From Caldisericia bacterium (GTDB taxonomy: Bacteria; Caldisericota; Caldisericia; JAAYUI01), in the NCBI GenBank assembly GCA_963674785.1, contig OY771555.1, forward strand, positions 448,001-512,000: a stretch of 64,000 nt of DNA. Direction: 5' to 3'. Under the pieces are notes generated by a model. That model saw nothing but the letters and a program-made list of their open reading frames with translations, made no database searches and was not told the origin of the DNA. Each line of letters starts with the position of its first letter. The first letter of the stretch is position 1. The position numbers were made by a program, and so were the translations under genes. Shown here in pieces: positions 50,771 to 61,855 of the stretch.

Positions 50771-52225
50771 ATGGATAAAGCAAATAAGATTGACAAAGTA
50801 GTTTTGGGAGTGATTGTTGCACTTATTATAGTTGGGTACACCATACATCATAGAAACCCGATATATCTAGCACCTGGAAGCATGTATTATTCACAAGCTT
50901 TTACTCTTCTTGACAGCCAAAAACCACCAAAGGAAGAATTTTCACTTACAACAGACATTCAATACCCCGAAAACTCGATATATAAACCAACCGATGATTT
51001 TGAGCTGATAACAAAGGGTTTAAAGCAACCAACTATCTTGTCTACCTATAAATCTGAATACAAGGCAAAAGAAAAAACTCAGAGAGCCTATGAAGAAATT
51101 GGTGATCTTGAAAAAGTATGGGAATATGACGCAAGTGATATCTATTTAAGTTTTGAAACATCACTCGTAGAACTTCCAGTTTCGATTGATGATAAGATTT
51201 GGGGGTTGCCGAGATATAATAACACTCGTATTTTCATTGACCCTGATACTGGGAAAGAAATTGAGCAATTAAACGAGAATGATTTTTTCAAATACGATCC
51301 AGATTTATTGATACTTGAAAATGGTAATATTTTAAAATTCGAAAGATTTTATTCTGGGAAAAATCACAAAAGTATTGGGCTTTATGATAAAGAAAATCGG
51401 GTAATTTGGAGCTATAGATTCAAGTATTTCTTTAGTGACCCAATCGAAACCCATTACCCACGGTATATCACGAGCCATAAAGATTCAGCATTTATATTTC
51501 ATAAGGGCAATCTCTACTGTGTAGATTTATCATCGGGAATTATGAAATGGATACTAAAAAGCATTAATATGTTGGACATTCTTTATTTTGAAAAAGTCAA
51601 TAATTACTTGTTCCTTCAACTCACTAAGGATTATAAAGATGCTGACCATAAATTTGAAGAATCGAAATTCTATAGATTAGATTTAGAAAATCTGGAGTTA
51701 AAAGAATTAGTTTTTGAGCGTGAACTCTTTTATAGAAAGCTTTTCTTCAGAGGTGGCAAGATTTACTCCTATCAAAGATTTAGCCCAGGTCTTGAAATGA
51801 AATCTTTTGATTTTAAAAGTGGCGTATTTATCGATTCATTTTCGCGACCAGAGGGAAAAGAATGGGGTAACAGTTACAATGATAATCCATTTTTATTAGA
51901 ACACTATTCTGATAACCAAGTTGATTATTCGATTTTTGACCCAACAACAAAAAAAGAAACAATGATTAATATCCATCAATACAATTTTGAAAAAGATTTT
52001 GATTGTTATATTCAAACAAACTACGAGGTTTATCATGTGTTGGGGAATATGTATGTTGAAGATGAAAATCGATTCTGGGGTTACGACATGGATACACACA
52101 AAAAAACATGGTTTATTGAAAAAAATGGGTTTTCAGAAAATACAAAAGTTTTATTAATCGATTCGAATGGAGTACTTGTTTATGACAACAAAAAGCTTAT
52201 ATGCTTCAAGAAATCTGAAAACTGA
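50771..52225 (+). CDS. Membrane-anchored PQQ-like beta-propeller protein (AT-rich)
   Basis: N-terminal TM; LEKVWEY, DPDTGK, LYCVDLSSGIMKW, GYDMDTHKKTW. Confidence 0.75.
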   Translation: MDKANKIDKVVLGVIVALIIVGYTIHHRNPIYLAPGSMYYSQAFTLLDSQKPPKEEFSLTTDIQYPENSIYKPTDDFELITKGLKQPTILSTYKSEYKAKEKTQRAYEEIGDLEKVWEYDASDIYLSFETSLVELPVSIDDKIWGLPRYNNTRIFIDPDTGKEIEQLNENDFFKYDPDLLILENGNILKFERFYSGKNHKSIGLYDKENRVIWSYRFKYFFSDPIETHYPRYITSHKDSAFIFHKGNLYCVDLSSGIMKWILKSINMLDILYFEKVNNYLFLQLTKDYKDADHKFEESKFYRLDLENLELKELVFERELFYRKLFFRGGKIYSYQRFSPGLEMKSFDFKSGVFIDSFSRPEGKEWGNSYNDNPFLLEHYSDNQVDYSIFDPTTKKETMINIHQYNFEKDFDCYIQTNYEVYHVLGNMYVEDENRFWGYDMDTHKKTWFIEKNGFSENTKVLLIDSNGVLVYDNKKLICFKKSEN

Positions 52226-52249
52226 AATAACTGTCTTATCTGATCTCAA

Positions 52250-52299
52250 ATCTAGATAAAATGACGGGGGAGATTCCCAATCAGGTAGAGAATGACGGG
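52250..52299 (-). repeat. Degenerate REP-like copies
   Basis: AATGACGGGG and GATTCCC....GAGAATGACGG resemble the tandem pair at 57078-57141. Confidence 0.45.
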
Positions 52300-52390
52300 T
52301 AGTTGGGAACAACATAGGAGACTGCACAGACGGAGAAGCAACACAGAATGCTGTTGCAACACCCACACAAATATATAAAATACTACACAC

Positions 52391-53773
52391 ATGAAGAAAT
52401 CAAAAAGACGAAAGAAGCTGATTAAGGTTCTTTTCAGGCTCAGTCTGCTTGCGTTTGCCGGAGTGTTTGTTATTTGGGGGCTTTGGGCAGGTGCATCATG
52501 TTTGATTGGAAGAAGCAGAACAACCCAGAATGTAAATATCTTTTTGTATGACGATATTATTGGCAAACTTGTTCCCGTGCAAAGAGAGATTCCAAAAGAA
52601 AACATCCATGAGGGAATCATCAGGTCACTTATAGCGGGACCCGAAAAAGGTGAGTTTGTTCTACCAACAATCAATCCAGAGGCAAAACTCAGATCAATTA
52701 AGGTCACAGAAAGAATCGCAACAGTTGATTTCACAGCAGAGATTAAAGACATTGGTAACATCAATGTTCCCGAAAAAGAGATAGCATATTCGGTCATAAA
52801 CACTCTTCTTCTGCTGCCAGACATTGATAGCGTCGCGTTCAAAATAGCTGGCGAAAAACCATCATACCTCTCTGAAACGTTTGATATATCCGGTGTTTTT
52901 TCAGATATTTCAGAAGATGCTCCGCCATCACATGACTACATCCTCTACTTCCCAGACAAAAGAGGAAGGTTTATTGCTGCAGAAACAACAAAAATCAAAG
53001 AAACCGCGGACACAAAGGATGTCGCTTCCTTCCTCGCCAGAAGATATATCCAGGGAACTGAAAACTCAAAATTCTACTGTGCGCTTTCTCCAGAAACAAA
53101 GGTTTTAAGTACATCCCTTACACAAACACTTCTGACTGTGAATTTTTCATCAGATATTATCAAATCCAGCCTTTCAGCTGAAGAAGAATCAGACTTTTTG
53201 AAGTCATTCATCTGGACAATGACAGAGCTTTCTGGAGTTGAAAGCGTCATGATCGAAATTGAGGGGTCTGTTGTGGATTCAGTTTTTGGACATCACTACT
53301 ACAAAAATCCATTCACAAGGCTTGATGAAGAGCGAATCGTAGACACAGAGGGAAGTGGACTTCCGGTTTTGATCTATTTTGCTGTCGAAACAGGGGACGA
53401 GGAATACCAGCTTGTACCGAGACTTCGGTATATATCAGCAATAAATGATGTGCTTCCACAGGTTGTAAACATTCTGCTTGCGGGACCCGACGGAAGTGAA
53501 TCTGAAAACACAATTATTTCCTGCATCCCAAAAGATTTTACAGGAAAAGCGACACTTGAGGGTGGGACAGTAAGCATCAATCTAATCCCCGAAAATGATT
53601 TCGCAAAACTGAAAAACAAAGCTGTTGAGGAGATGTTTGTCAGACAGATTGTAATGACGCTGACAGAAAACAGGGTCGGAGCAGACCTTGTAAACATCTC
53701 AATCGACGGAATGACACAGGAAAAACTCCCATATGGTACATTCCTGTCAGGTGACCTTCAAAGGAATCCATGA
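52391..53773 (+). CDS. GerMN domain protein (three domains)
   Basis: LVPVQREI..LIAGP..ATVDF..SVINTL..VAFKIAG pattern repeated three times; N-terminal TM. Confidence 0.88.
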   Translation: MKKSKRRKKLIKVLFRLSLLAFAGVFVIWGLWAGASCLIGRSRTTQNVNIFLYDDIIGKLVPVQREIPKENIHEGIIRSLIAGPEKGEFVLPTINPEAKLRSIKVTERIATVDFTAEIKDIGNINVPEKEIAYSVINTLLLLPDIDSVAFKIAGEKPSYLSETFDISGVFSDISEDAPPSHDYILYFPDKRGRFIAAETTKIKETADTKDVASFLARRYIQGTENSKFYCALSPETKVLSTSLTQTLLTVNFSSDIIKSSLSAEEESDFLKSFIWTMTELSGVESVMIEIEGSVVDSVFGHHYYKNPFTRLDEERIVDTEGSGLPVLIYFAVETGDEEYQLVPRLRYISAINDVLPQVVNILLAGPDGSESENTIISCIPKDFTGKATLEGGTVSINLIPENDFAKLKNKAVEEMFVRQIVMTLTENRVGADLVNISIDGMTQEKLPYGTFLSGDLQRNP

Positions 53774-55398
53774 AAAAAATATTCATCATCATTCTTGTTA
53801 TTTCTGTGTTTTTGTCTTTGGGATTGAAACCTGAAGAGTACAGGATTTATGTTGAGTCAGATAACCCTATTGGTGAAGTAGCTTTCCATCTTCTTGATGA
53901 TGATACATATTATTGTATCTGTGAACCAGAAGAGATTACCCCTGATTCTGTAGTTATCTCAAAGATTGTAAACGGCCAGAAACCAGGACTTTTCCATACC
54001 TATGACGAGGTCAATGCTGAGCTTGAAAAACTTGCTACAGATTATCCTGAGAAATGCCAGATGTTGACAGTTGGTTCATCATTTGAGGGAAGAGAGATTA
54101 ACGCTCTCAGGTTTTATCCTGGAAGCCCCTCCCCAGGATTTTTGTTTGTTGGAACACACCACGCAAGGGAATGGATGAGCACAGAAATCCCACTTGAACT
54201 CTGCCATTATCTTTCCAAAAACCCCGACTCCGACCCAAGAGTTGATGAATGGTTATCGAAATTCGATATCTGGATAATTCCAATGCTCAATCCAGATGGT
54301 CACCAGTTTACGGTTGACCATGACAGGATGTGGAGAAAAAACAGAAAGCCTGTTGGCATGACTGGTGAGACTGGAGTTGACTTGAACAGAAACTACGGTT
54401 ACCACTGGGGTGGAGAGGGTGCATCTGGCGATCCAAGTAGCATTGTTTACCACGGAGAAGGTCCTTTCTCAGAGCTTGAAACCCAGGTCATCAAAAAACT
54501 TGTGCAAGAATTTCCCATGATTGGATGCCTGACCTACCATACCTTTGGAGAATTGGTGCTTTACCCGTGGTCATATGCCAGTGAACGGGCACCATATGAA
54601 GAGCTCATGCAGGAACATGCAATTGGGCTAGCCGAAAAAACAGGTGAACCAGATGATGAAGAGGACAAAAACTCAAAGCACGAGTTTGCTGGAAAATATG
54701 ACTACCTTCCAATCAAGGCCTCCGAGCTCTACTGTGCATCTGGTGAGATGTGCGATTATCTCTACTCACAACACGGCACGGCATCATTTACAATTGAAGT
54801 TGGCTGCAAAAAAGACGGCTTTACACCTGAAGACTCACTCATCGAACCAACAATCGATCAGCTTCTGGACTTGAATTTCTACATGCTTGATGAGATTCCA
54901 AAGGATTTTTGCATTGTAGAAGGATTCATCAAAACCGCCATTGGCACAGTGCCTGATGCAAAAATCTATCTTGGCAAGAGCTATTTTGAGATCGAACCCG
55001 ACCCATTCACCGGTTATTACTTCAGGGTGCTGCCTATCGGAAAACATCTGCTCAAAGCGGAGTGGACAAAAGATGACACCCACCGTGAGATGGTGGAGCT
55101 GACAGAAGGCATCAACAGGATTGATCTCACCTGGGTTCGTGAGGATGGACTCACACTTTCAGGGGACATCCTTGATGAAACAGGAGAACCATCAAAAACC
55201 CACATCACACTGATCGACTCAAACGGCACCACCGTTTCAGAAGGGTTTTTTGAAGGGGAATATACTTTTTCAAACCTCAACAAGGACGAGTACACCCTGA
55301 TCGCCAGCCAACCCGAAACCCCACCTGTCAGCTACAATGTTAGCCTTGTCTGGGATCTGTCTGTTCCTGTTATGGTGAAGGGTGTTTTTGGGTATTAG
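53770..55398 (+). CDS. M14 zinc carboxypeptidase (carboxypeptidase T-like) with C-terminal regulatory-like domains
   Basis: HHAREW, NPDG, WRKNR, GVDLNRNY, PFSELET, TYHTFG, FTIEV. Confidence 0.93.
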   Translation: MKKIFIIILVISVFLSLGLKPEEYRIYVESDNPIGEVAFHLLDDDTYYCICEPEEITPDSVVISKIVNGQKPGLFHTYDEVNAELEKLATDYPEKCQMLTVGSSFEGREINALRFYPGSPSPGFLFVGTHHAREWMSTEIPLELCHYLSKNPDSDPRVDEWLSKFDIWIIPMLNPDGHQFTVDHDRMWRKNRKPVGMTGETGVDLNRNYGYHWGGEGASGDPSSIVYHGEGPFSELETQVIKKLVQEFPMIGCLTYHTFGELVLYPWSYASERAPYEELMQEHAIGLAEKTGEPDDEEDKNSKHEFAGKYDYLPIKASELYCASGEMCDYLYSQHGTASFTIEVGCKKDGFTPEDSLIEPTIDQLLDLNFYMLDEIPKDFCIVEGFIKTAIGTVPDAKIYLGKSYFEIEPDPFTGYYFRVLPIGKHLLKAEWTKDDTHREMVELTEGINRIDLTWVREDGLTLSGDILDETGEPSKTHITLIDSNGTTVSEGFFEGEYTFSNLNKDEYTLIASQPETPPVSYNVSLVWDLSVPVMVKGVFGY

Positions 55399-55406
55399 AT
55401 AAAACG

Positions 55407-55569
55407 CCCTCCCTCATCAGGGAGGGATGTCACCAAAGGTGACAGGGAGGGTTAATCCCAATCACCTTCATTCCCGCTTTCCCCAACGTCATTCCCGGCT
55501 TGACCGGGAATCTTCACCCTCCATCATTCCCACTCTCTCACACGTCATTCCCGCGCAGGCGGGAATCCA
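55407..55569 (+). repeat. REP-like cluster left of the SIR2-like gene
   Basis: CCCTCCC..GGGAGGG double-hairpin element at 55407-55453; CGTCATTCCCGGCTTGACCGGGAATC at 55487-55512; GTCATTCCCGCGCAGGCGGGAATCCA at 55544-55569. Confidence 0.85.
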
Positions 55570-55726
55570 TGTGTTTTCTGATGCAAACAAAATCTTCGAA
55601 TCTACATATTTTCATATGTAAAACTTTATAATTTAGAGTTGATAATAACTTAGGATTTGACGTTGTGAGCCTTCCTTATATCATTTCAATATAATTTGAA
55701 TCCAGTATTGGGAGAAAAAAGGCTTT

Positions 55727-56821
55727 ATGAGTCAAGAATATATAGAAGTTAGCTCAGAGGAATTATGGAATGAAGTTTTTCCAAAAGCAAGTATAGAAAA
55801 CAAAATAAGGGTAGATCGAGATGGTAAACCAAAAACTGCAATTCTTCTCGGTGCAGGATTTACAAACAAATATATTCCAAACACTTGGGGATATGACAAC
55901 ATATGGGATTATGCCAGCAGATTTGCTTTTGATAATGATGAGAAAGACATTCTAGAGTTAATGGACAATTATTTTAAAGAAATGGGGAACAAGAATTTTG
56001 AAAGGTTGATTGCATTATCAAATGAATGTACAGATTTTCTCAATTTAGCAAAAAAACCATTCAAGATTTTTCTAAATAGCAAACAAATTCTGAGAATCAA
56101 AGAAGTTTTCATAAATGCTATGCACAATGCTGGAATAGACTCAGAAAAAAGACTATGCAATAACACCCCAGCTAGAGAGATAGGGAGCTTTTTAACAAGA
56201 TTCGACCAAGTTTTTACAACCAACTACGATCCATTAGTTTATTGGTCAATAATGAAGCACACAAATTCAGACGAAAATCGATATACTATTGGAGATTTTT
56301 TTCATCGTGGGGAGTATGCCCCAGAAAATCCAAACTTTGTTAATGCAGTTTTAGAAAGGGATAAAACTCTCGTCTCGTATCTTCATGGAGCTTTTTTTAA
56401 TACAGACACCGATTCAATATATAAAATATCAACATCTCCTGATTCAGATGAATCCCTAATGAAGTTAGCAAAGAAGCGATATGGCATTCATAATATAAAA
56501 CCATTGATTGTTACAGACGGTAGTTCTGAACAAAAGATTCTTGCAATTGATCACAATAGGTATCTGAGTGATTCATTGAGCAGACTTAGAAGATTTGACT
56601 TAGATTATCTTTGCACAATAGGTTTTGGGTTTACACCACCAGACAAACATATTATTGACTCAATAAGGCATAATAGACCAAGTAAAATTGCTATAGGCTA
56701 CTATGGCGAAATAGGTAATAATATGAAGAAATTCATCAAAGATATAATGCAATGGAATCCAAAGTGTGAAATTATGGTTTTTAAAACAAATCAGCTTCCT
56801 TGTGATGAAACACCCCCGTAG
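55727..56821 (+). CDS. SIR2-like (DUF4917-type) protein, putative defence NADase
   Basis: ILLGAGF, VFTTNYD.LVYW, YLHGA, PLIVTDGSSEQK..I..NRYL, IGFGF..DKHI; AT-rich. Confidence 0.8.
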   Translation: MSQEYIEVSSEELWNEVFPKASIENKIRVDRDGKPKTAILLGAGFTNKYIPNTWGYDNIWDYASRFAFDNDEKDILELMDNYFKEMGNKNFERLIALSNECTDFLNLAKKPFKIFLNSKQILRIKEVFINAMHNAGIDSEKRLCNNTPAREIGSFLTRFDQVFTTNYDPLVYWSIMKHTNSDENRYTIGDFFHRGEYAPENPNFVNAVLERDKTLVSYLHGAFFNTDTDSIYKISTSPDSDESLMKLAKKRYGIHNIKPLIVTDGSSEQKILAIDHNRYLSDSLSRLRRFDLDYLCTIGFGFTPPDKHIIDSIRHNRPSKIAIGYYGEIGNNMKKFIKDIMQWNPKCEIMVFKTNQLPCDETPP

Positions 56822-56847
56822 GGAGAACATTCATTTCTTAGGCTTCC

Positions 56848-57141
56848 TGGATTCCCGCCTGCGCGGGAATGACAGAGAGAAGATGCTGTCATAAGTGCGG
56901 AATGAAGGTGTTGCTAGCCAGGTAAACTTTCTTCGCTTATGTCTTTCCAGCGATGCTTTGACAACTCAGCAACCAGCTGGAAACCAAGGTACATAAAAGC
57001 GTGTTTTTTTATCTGGTCGGATTGCTTGACCTAGAACAAAACTCTTTACGAAATAGTTAATGTTACAATTCTAACCCTGGATTCCCGGTCGTAGCCGGGA
57101 ATGACGGGGTGGGGGATTCCGGGTCAAGCCCGGAATGACGG
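56848..57141 (-). repeat. REP-like cluster right of the SIR2-like gene, including a REPIN-like unit at 56960-57107
   Basis: 56848-56873 is the exact reverse complement of 55544-55569; further GGATTCC...GGAATGAC copies at 57078-57105 and 57114-57139. Confidence 0.85.
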
Positions 57142-57215
57142 GAAGAGATTGAGGGAGGGCAAAGGGGCTGGATAATCTCCAAAAATCGGCTATCATAAAA
57201 AAGCGGAGGTTTGAA

Positions 57216-58844
57216 ATGCCAAAATTCCTGTTTGTAACGGGTGGAGTTCTGAGTTCCCTTGGAAAGGGAATTGTGTGTGCATCGCTTGGAATGCTTTTGA
57301 AAGCGAGAGGTTACAAGGTAACCGTTTTGAAGTTTGACCCATACCTGAATGTTGATGCGGGTTCACAAAACCCATTTCAGCATGGTGAGGTTTTTGTGAC
57401 AAATGATGGTGCAGAGACCGACCTTGACCTTGGTCATTATGAACGCTTTTTAAACCAGCCGCTTGGAAGAATGAACAACGTGACCACAGGCTCTCTTTAT
57501 CAGTCTGTTCTCGCAAAAGAACGTCGTGGAGACTTCCTTGGTTCAACCGTTCAGATTATTCCACACCTCACACAAGAGATAAAATCACGTATCCTTGCGC
57601 TTGCTGATGAAACCGAGTCGGATATTGTGCTTTGCGAGATAGGCGGAACTGTCGGAGACATTGAGTCTCAGCCGTTCCTCGAGGCTATCCGTCAGTTTGG
57701 TGCTGAGCGAGCAGAAGACGATGTTCTCTATATCCATCTAACATATGTTCCACATCTGAAGATCACGGGTGAACTCAAAACCAAACCAACACAGCACTCC
57801 GTCATTGAGCTCAGACGTTCCGGTATCAAACCAGACATAATCGCCTGCAGGTGTGAAGTCCCAGTTGGTATTGATGTTCAGGAAAAAATCGCAATGTTTT
57901 GTGATGTGCCATTTGACCATGTTTACTCAATCCCTGACTTACCAAGTGTCTACCGAGTACCACCGATGATTGATAGCCAGGGCATGGTTGACCAGCTTTC
58001 AAAACTTTGGGGAATGCTTCCACGAACAGGTGATTTGACTGAGTGGAACGCAATGCTTGATAAAACTGAAAAGCTTGATGAAAACGTCAAGATTGCGATG
58101 ATTGGCAAATATTCAAAACTCACGGATGCCTATCTTTCTGTTAATGAATCACTCAAACATGCTGGCATCCACCTTGGTGCAAAGGTCGACATCGAATGGA
58201 TTGAGGCAGAAGCACTTGAAAAACCAGGCGGAACCGATGTCTTGAAGGACTATCATGGCGTGCTTGTTCCTGGAGGATTTGGTTACCGTGGAGTTGAGGG
58301 AAAGATAAACGCTGCAAACTACGCAAGAGTCAACAGTGTTCCATATCTTGGACTCTGCCTTGGTCTTCATATGATGATAATCGAGTTTGCAAGAAATGTC
58401 TGCGGACTCGAAGGTGCAAACTCCACAGAATTCCTTCCTGATGGTAAATATCCTGTTATTGATGTCATGGCTGACCAGAAATATGTCACAGAAAAAGGTG
58501 GCACAATGAGACTTGGTGCTCAACCTTGTGTGATCGAAGAGGGAACATATACGGGTGAGATTTATAATCAGGCAAAGATTTCAGAACGTCATAGACATCG
58601 ATTTGAGGTAAACAACAAATACCGTGAACTCATGCAGGATAAAGGTATGGTTTTCTCTGGAATCAATCCAAACCTCGGGCTTGTTGAGATTGGAGAACTT
58701 AAGAATCATCCATTTATGATCGGTGTACAGTTCCATCCAGAGTTTGGGAGCAATCCGCTCAAACCACATCCGTTGTTCATGGAGTTTGTAAAAAAAGCAC
58801 TAAATCTGAAAAGGAACCCAAACCCACCTCAACTGGATATGTAG
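57216..58844 (+). CDS. pyrG: CTP synthase
   Basis: [60 protein letters not shown]. Confidence 0.98.
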   Translation: MPKFLFVTGGVLSSLGKGIVCASLGMLLKARGYKVTVLKFDPYLNVDAGSQNPFQHGEVFVTNDGAETDLDLGHYERFLNQPLGRMNNVTTGSLYQSVLAKERRGDFLGSTVQIIPHLTQEIKSRILALADETESDIVLCEIGGTVGDIESQPFLEAIRQFGAERAEDDVLYIHLTYVPHLKITGELKTKPTQHSVIELRRSGIKPDIIACRCEVPVGIDVQEKIAMFCDVPFDHVYSIPDLPSVYRVPPMIDSQGMVDQLSKLWGMLPRTGDLTEWNAMLDKTEKLDENVKIAMIGKYSKLTDAYLSVNESLKHAGIHLGAKVDIEWIEAEALEKPGGTDVLKDYHGVLVPGGFGYRGVEGKINAANYARVNSVPYLGLCLGLHMMIIEFARNVCGLEGANSTEFLPDGKYPVIDVMADQKYVTEKGGTMRLGAQPCVIEEGTYTGEIYNQAKISERHRHRFEVNNKYRELMQDKGMVFSGINPNLGLVEIGELKNHPFMIGVQFHPEFGSNPLKPHPLFMEFVKKALNLKRNPNPPQLDM

Positions 58845-58850
58845 TATATC

Positions 58851-61844
58851 ATGCCAAGAAAAACAATTTTCATCAAAGGTGCCAGAGAGCACAACCTGAA
58901 AAATATTGATTTGACAATCCCAAAACATTCAATGGTGGTTGTCACAGGACTATCTGGTTCTGGAAAATCATCACTTGCCTTTGACACACTTTATGCCGAG
59001 GGGCAGAGAAGATATGTTGAGTCACTTTCTGCGTATGCAAGACAGTTTATCGGCATGATGCAAAAACCTGATGTCGACAATATCGAAGGGTTATCTCCTG
59101 CAATCTCAATTGATCAGAAGGCTAGTTCAAAAAACCCAAGGTCAACTGTTGGCACCCTCACAGAAATCTATGATTACCTAAGACTTCTGATGGCAAGGGC
59201 TGGAATCCCACACTGTCCAAAGTGTGGAAAGGCTATCCAAAGGGTGACCGTTGAACAGATGGTTGACCGTCTCATGGAAGAGCATGAAAATTGGAGATGC
59301 ACAGTTCTTGGACCAATTGTAAGACAACGCAAAGGTCAACACAAAGACACCATCAGTAAGATGCAGAAGGCTGGATACACAAAACTTCGTGTCGATGGAT
59401 TCACATATGATATTGATGAGCAGATTGATATTGCAAAAACAAAACGTCACGACATTGATGTTATTGTTGATAGACTTCTTGTAAATGAGGAATCCAAGGG
59501 AAGGCTTGCTGATTCACTTGAAACTGCACTCAAACTTGGTGAGGGAGTCCTGAAGGTTCTTGTTGCCAAGTCTCGAGATGATGAACCAATCGAGATGACA
59601 TTTTCTGAAAACTTCGCCTGCCCTGACTGTGATATTTCAATTGAGGAGATTGAACCAAGATTGTTCTCCTTCAACTCACCATTTGGTGCATGTCCTGAGT
59701 GTGATGGTCTCGGCAACAAGCTTGTGGTTTCTGAAGACCTCATGATCCCTGACCAGAGCCTTTCAATCGAAGAAGGAGCAATCAAAGCCCCCGGTTTCAA
59801 TTCTCCTGATAGCATGAGCAATGGTTTTTTGAAGCAGATTGCAACACATTTTGAAATTGATCTTAAAAAACCCTGGAAGGATATTCCACAGGAGAAAAAA
59901 GACAAACTACTATACGGAACTGGCAAGAAAACAATCCGCCTCGAGTGGACAAACAGTGCCGGTGACACCTACAAAAGACGAATATATTTTTCAGGACTAG
60001 CAAACACGATTGAGCGAAGATATAAACAGACCACATCACAGGGGATGCGTGAGTGGTACGAGCAGATGATGGAACCAGTCCCTTGCACAACCTGTGGCGG
60101 CAAAAGACTCAAACCTGAGGCTCTTGCTGTAACACTAGGCGAGAAAAATATCGCAGAGATAACCGCAATGCCAATCGATGCCTGCTTTGATTTCTTTGAG
60201 GGAATCAAGCTGACTGCAAGACAACAGGCAATCGCAAAGCAGGTTTTGATTGAGATAAAATCCAGACTCAGATTTTTGCTTGATGTTGGGCTTTCATACC
60301 TGACTCTAAACCGAGCATCAGCAACCCTTGCTGGAGGTGAAGCACAGAGACTGAGACTTGCAACCCAGATTGGCTCAGGGCTTGGTGGAGTTTTATATGT
60401 TCTTGATGAACCTTCAATTGGGCTTCACAGCCGTGACAATACAAGGCTTCTTGCCACTTTGAAGCGACTCAGGGATTTGGGTAATACCCTTGTTGTGGTT
60501 GAGCATGACGAAGAGACCATAAGAACTGCTGACTTCCTTGTAGACATTGGGCCAGGTGCTGGTGTTCATGGTGGACATGTTGTCGCAACCGGATCACCTG
60601 ATGATATTGCAGCTGTTCCAGAATCAATCACAGGGCAGTTCATCGCAAAAAAAAGAACGATTGCTGTTCCAGAAAAAAGAAGACGTGGAAACAAACACGC
60701 TTTGAAAATCATCAACCCTCAGGAACACAACCTGAAAGGTGGAGAGTTTGAAATTCCCCTTGGTGTGATGTGCGTCGTGACAGGTGTTTCAGGATCAGGT
60801 AAGTCCACGCTCATCAACGACATTCTTAACAGATACATTAGCAGAAGATTCTACGGCTCAAGAAAAATGCCAGGCAAGGTTGATAAAATTGAGGGACTTG
60901 AACATATCGACAAGATTGTAACAGTCGACCAATCACCAATAGGAAGAACACCACGCTCAAACCCCGCTACATACACAGGAATTTTTACACCAATACGTGA
61001 GCTTTTTGCAAAACTACCTAAGTCGAAGGCAAGGGGATATGGCCCCGGAAGGTTTTCCTTTAACGTGAAGGGTGGAAGGTGTGAAGCCTGCAAGGGTGAT
61101 GGAATGCTCAAAATCGAGATGCAGTTCCTTCCAGATGTCTATGTTCCCTGCGAGGTCTGCAAGGGGAAACGTTTCAACCGGGAAACACTTGAGATTGAAT
61201 TCAAAGGCAAGTCAATCTCTGATATCCTTGATCTTTCAGTTGAAGAGGGTGAAAAGCTATTTGAGAACTTCCCAGGAATCCACCGCAAACTCAAGATGCT
61301 AAATGAAGTTGGGCTTGGTTACATCAAGCTTGGTCAACCTGCAACAACTCTTTCTGGTGGAGAGGCCCAAAGAATAAAACTCACATCAGAACTTGCAAAA
61401 CGTGGAACAGGAAGAACTCTTTATATCCTTGATGAACCAACAACAGGACTTCACATGGCAGATGTTGACAGACTTATTCAGGTTCTAAATCAGCTCGTGG
61501 ACATGGGCAATTCTGTTCTCATAATTGAACACAACATGGATGTCATAAAGTCTGCTGATTATATACTCGACCTTGGCCCCGAGGGAGGCGACTGGGGAGG
61601 ATTGCTTGTCGCTCATGGAGCACCAGAGGAAATCTGCATGGTGGAACAATCCTACACAGGAAAATATCTAAAGGACTACATCAAGAAATCAAGGTGGGGT
61701 AAACCAAAATGGAAGGATTATGAATCCCCAATTGATGATGAGAAAGTCAGATCACCAAGACGCAAAGTTCGCCAAAGGAAAGCATCTGAAGAGGAACTTG
61801 CCGAGGAGATCATGGAGCAGTTCATCGACTCCATGGATGAGTAG
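58851..61844 (+). CDS. uvrA: Excinuclease ABC subunit A
   Basis: [23 protein letters not shown], zinc fingers, two ABC cassettes (GGEAQR, LDEP). Confidence 0.98.
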   Translation: MPRKTIFIKGAREHNLKNIDLTIPKHSMVVVTGLSGSGKSSLAFDTLYAEGQRRYVESLSAYARQFIGMMQKPDVDNIEGLSPAISIDQKASSKNPRSTVGTLTEIYDYLRLLMARAGIPHCPKCGKAIQRVTVEQMVDRLMEEHENWRCTVLGPIVRQRKGQHKDTISKMQKAGYTKLRVDGFTYDIDEQIDIAKTKRHDIDVIVDRLLVNEESKGRLADSLETALKLGEGVLKVLVAKSRDDEPIEMTFSENFACPDCDISIEEIEPRLFSFNSPFGACPECDGLGNKLVVSEDLMIPDQSLSIEEGAIKAPGFNSPDSMSNGFLKQIATHFEIDLKKPWKDIPQEKKDKLLYGTGKKTIRLEWTNSAGDTYKRRIYFSGLANTIERRYKQTTSQGMREWYEQMMEPVPCTTCGGKRLKPEALAVTLGEKNIAEITAMPIDACFDFFEGIKLTARQQAIAKQVLIEIKSRLRFLLDVGLSYLTLNRASATLAGGEAQRLRLATQIGSGLGGVLYVLDEPSIGLHSRDNTRLLATLKRLRDLGNTLVVVEHDEETIRTADFLVDIGPGAGVHGGHVVATGSPDDIAAVPESITGQFIAKKRTIAVPEKRRRGNKHALKIINPQEHNLKGGEFEIPLGVMCVVTGVSGSGKSTLINDILNRYISRRFYGSRKMPGKVDKIEGLEHIDKIVTVDQSPIGRTPRSNPATYTGIFTPIRELFAKLPKSKARGYGPGRFSFNVKGGRCEACKGDGMLKIEMQFLPDVYVPCEVCKGKRFNRETLEIEFKGKSISDILDLSVEEGEKLFENFPGIHRKLKMLNEVGLGYIKLGQPATTLSGGEAQRIKLTSELAKRGTGRTLYILDEPTTGLHMADVDRLIQVLNQLVDMGNSVLIIEHNMDVIKSADYILDLGPEGGDWGGLLVAHGAPEEICMVEQSYTGKYLKDYIKKSRWGKPKWKDYESPIDDEKVRSPRRKVRQRKASEEELAEEIMEQFIDSMDE

Positions 61845-61855
61845 GAAAACACACA

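Noticed and set aside
55427-55621. Short ORFs over palindrome clusters (also 40131-40325)
   Set aside because: They are translations of REP-like repeats (e.g. VIPAQAGIH) without convincing RBSs
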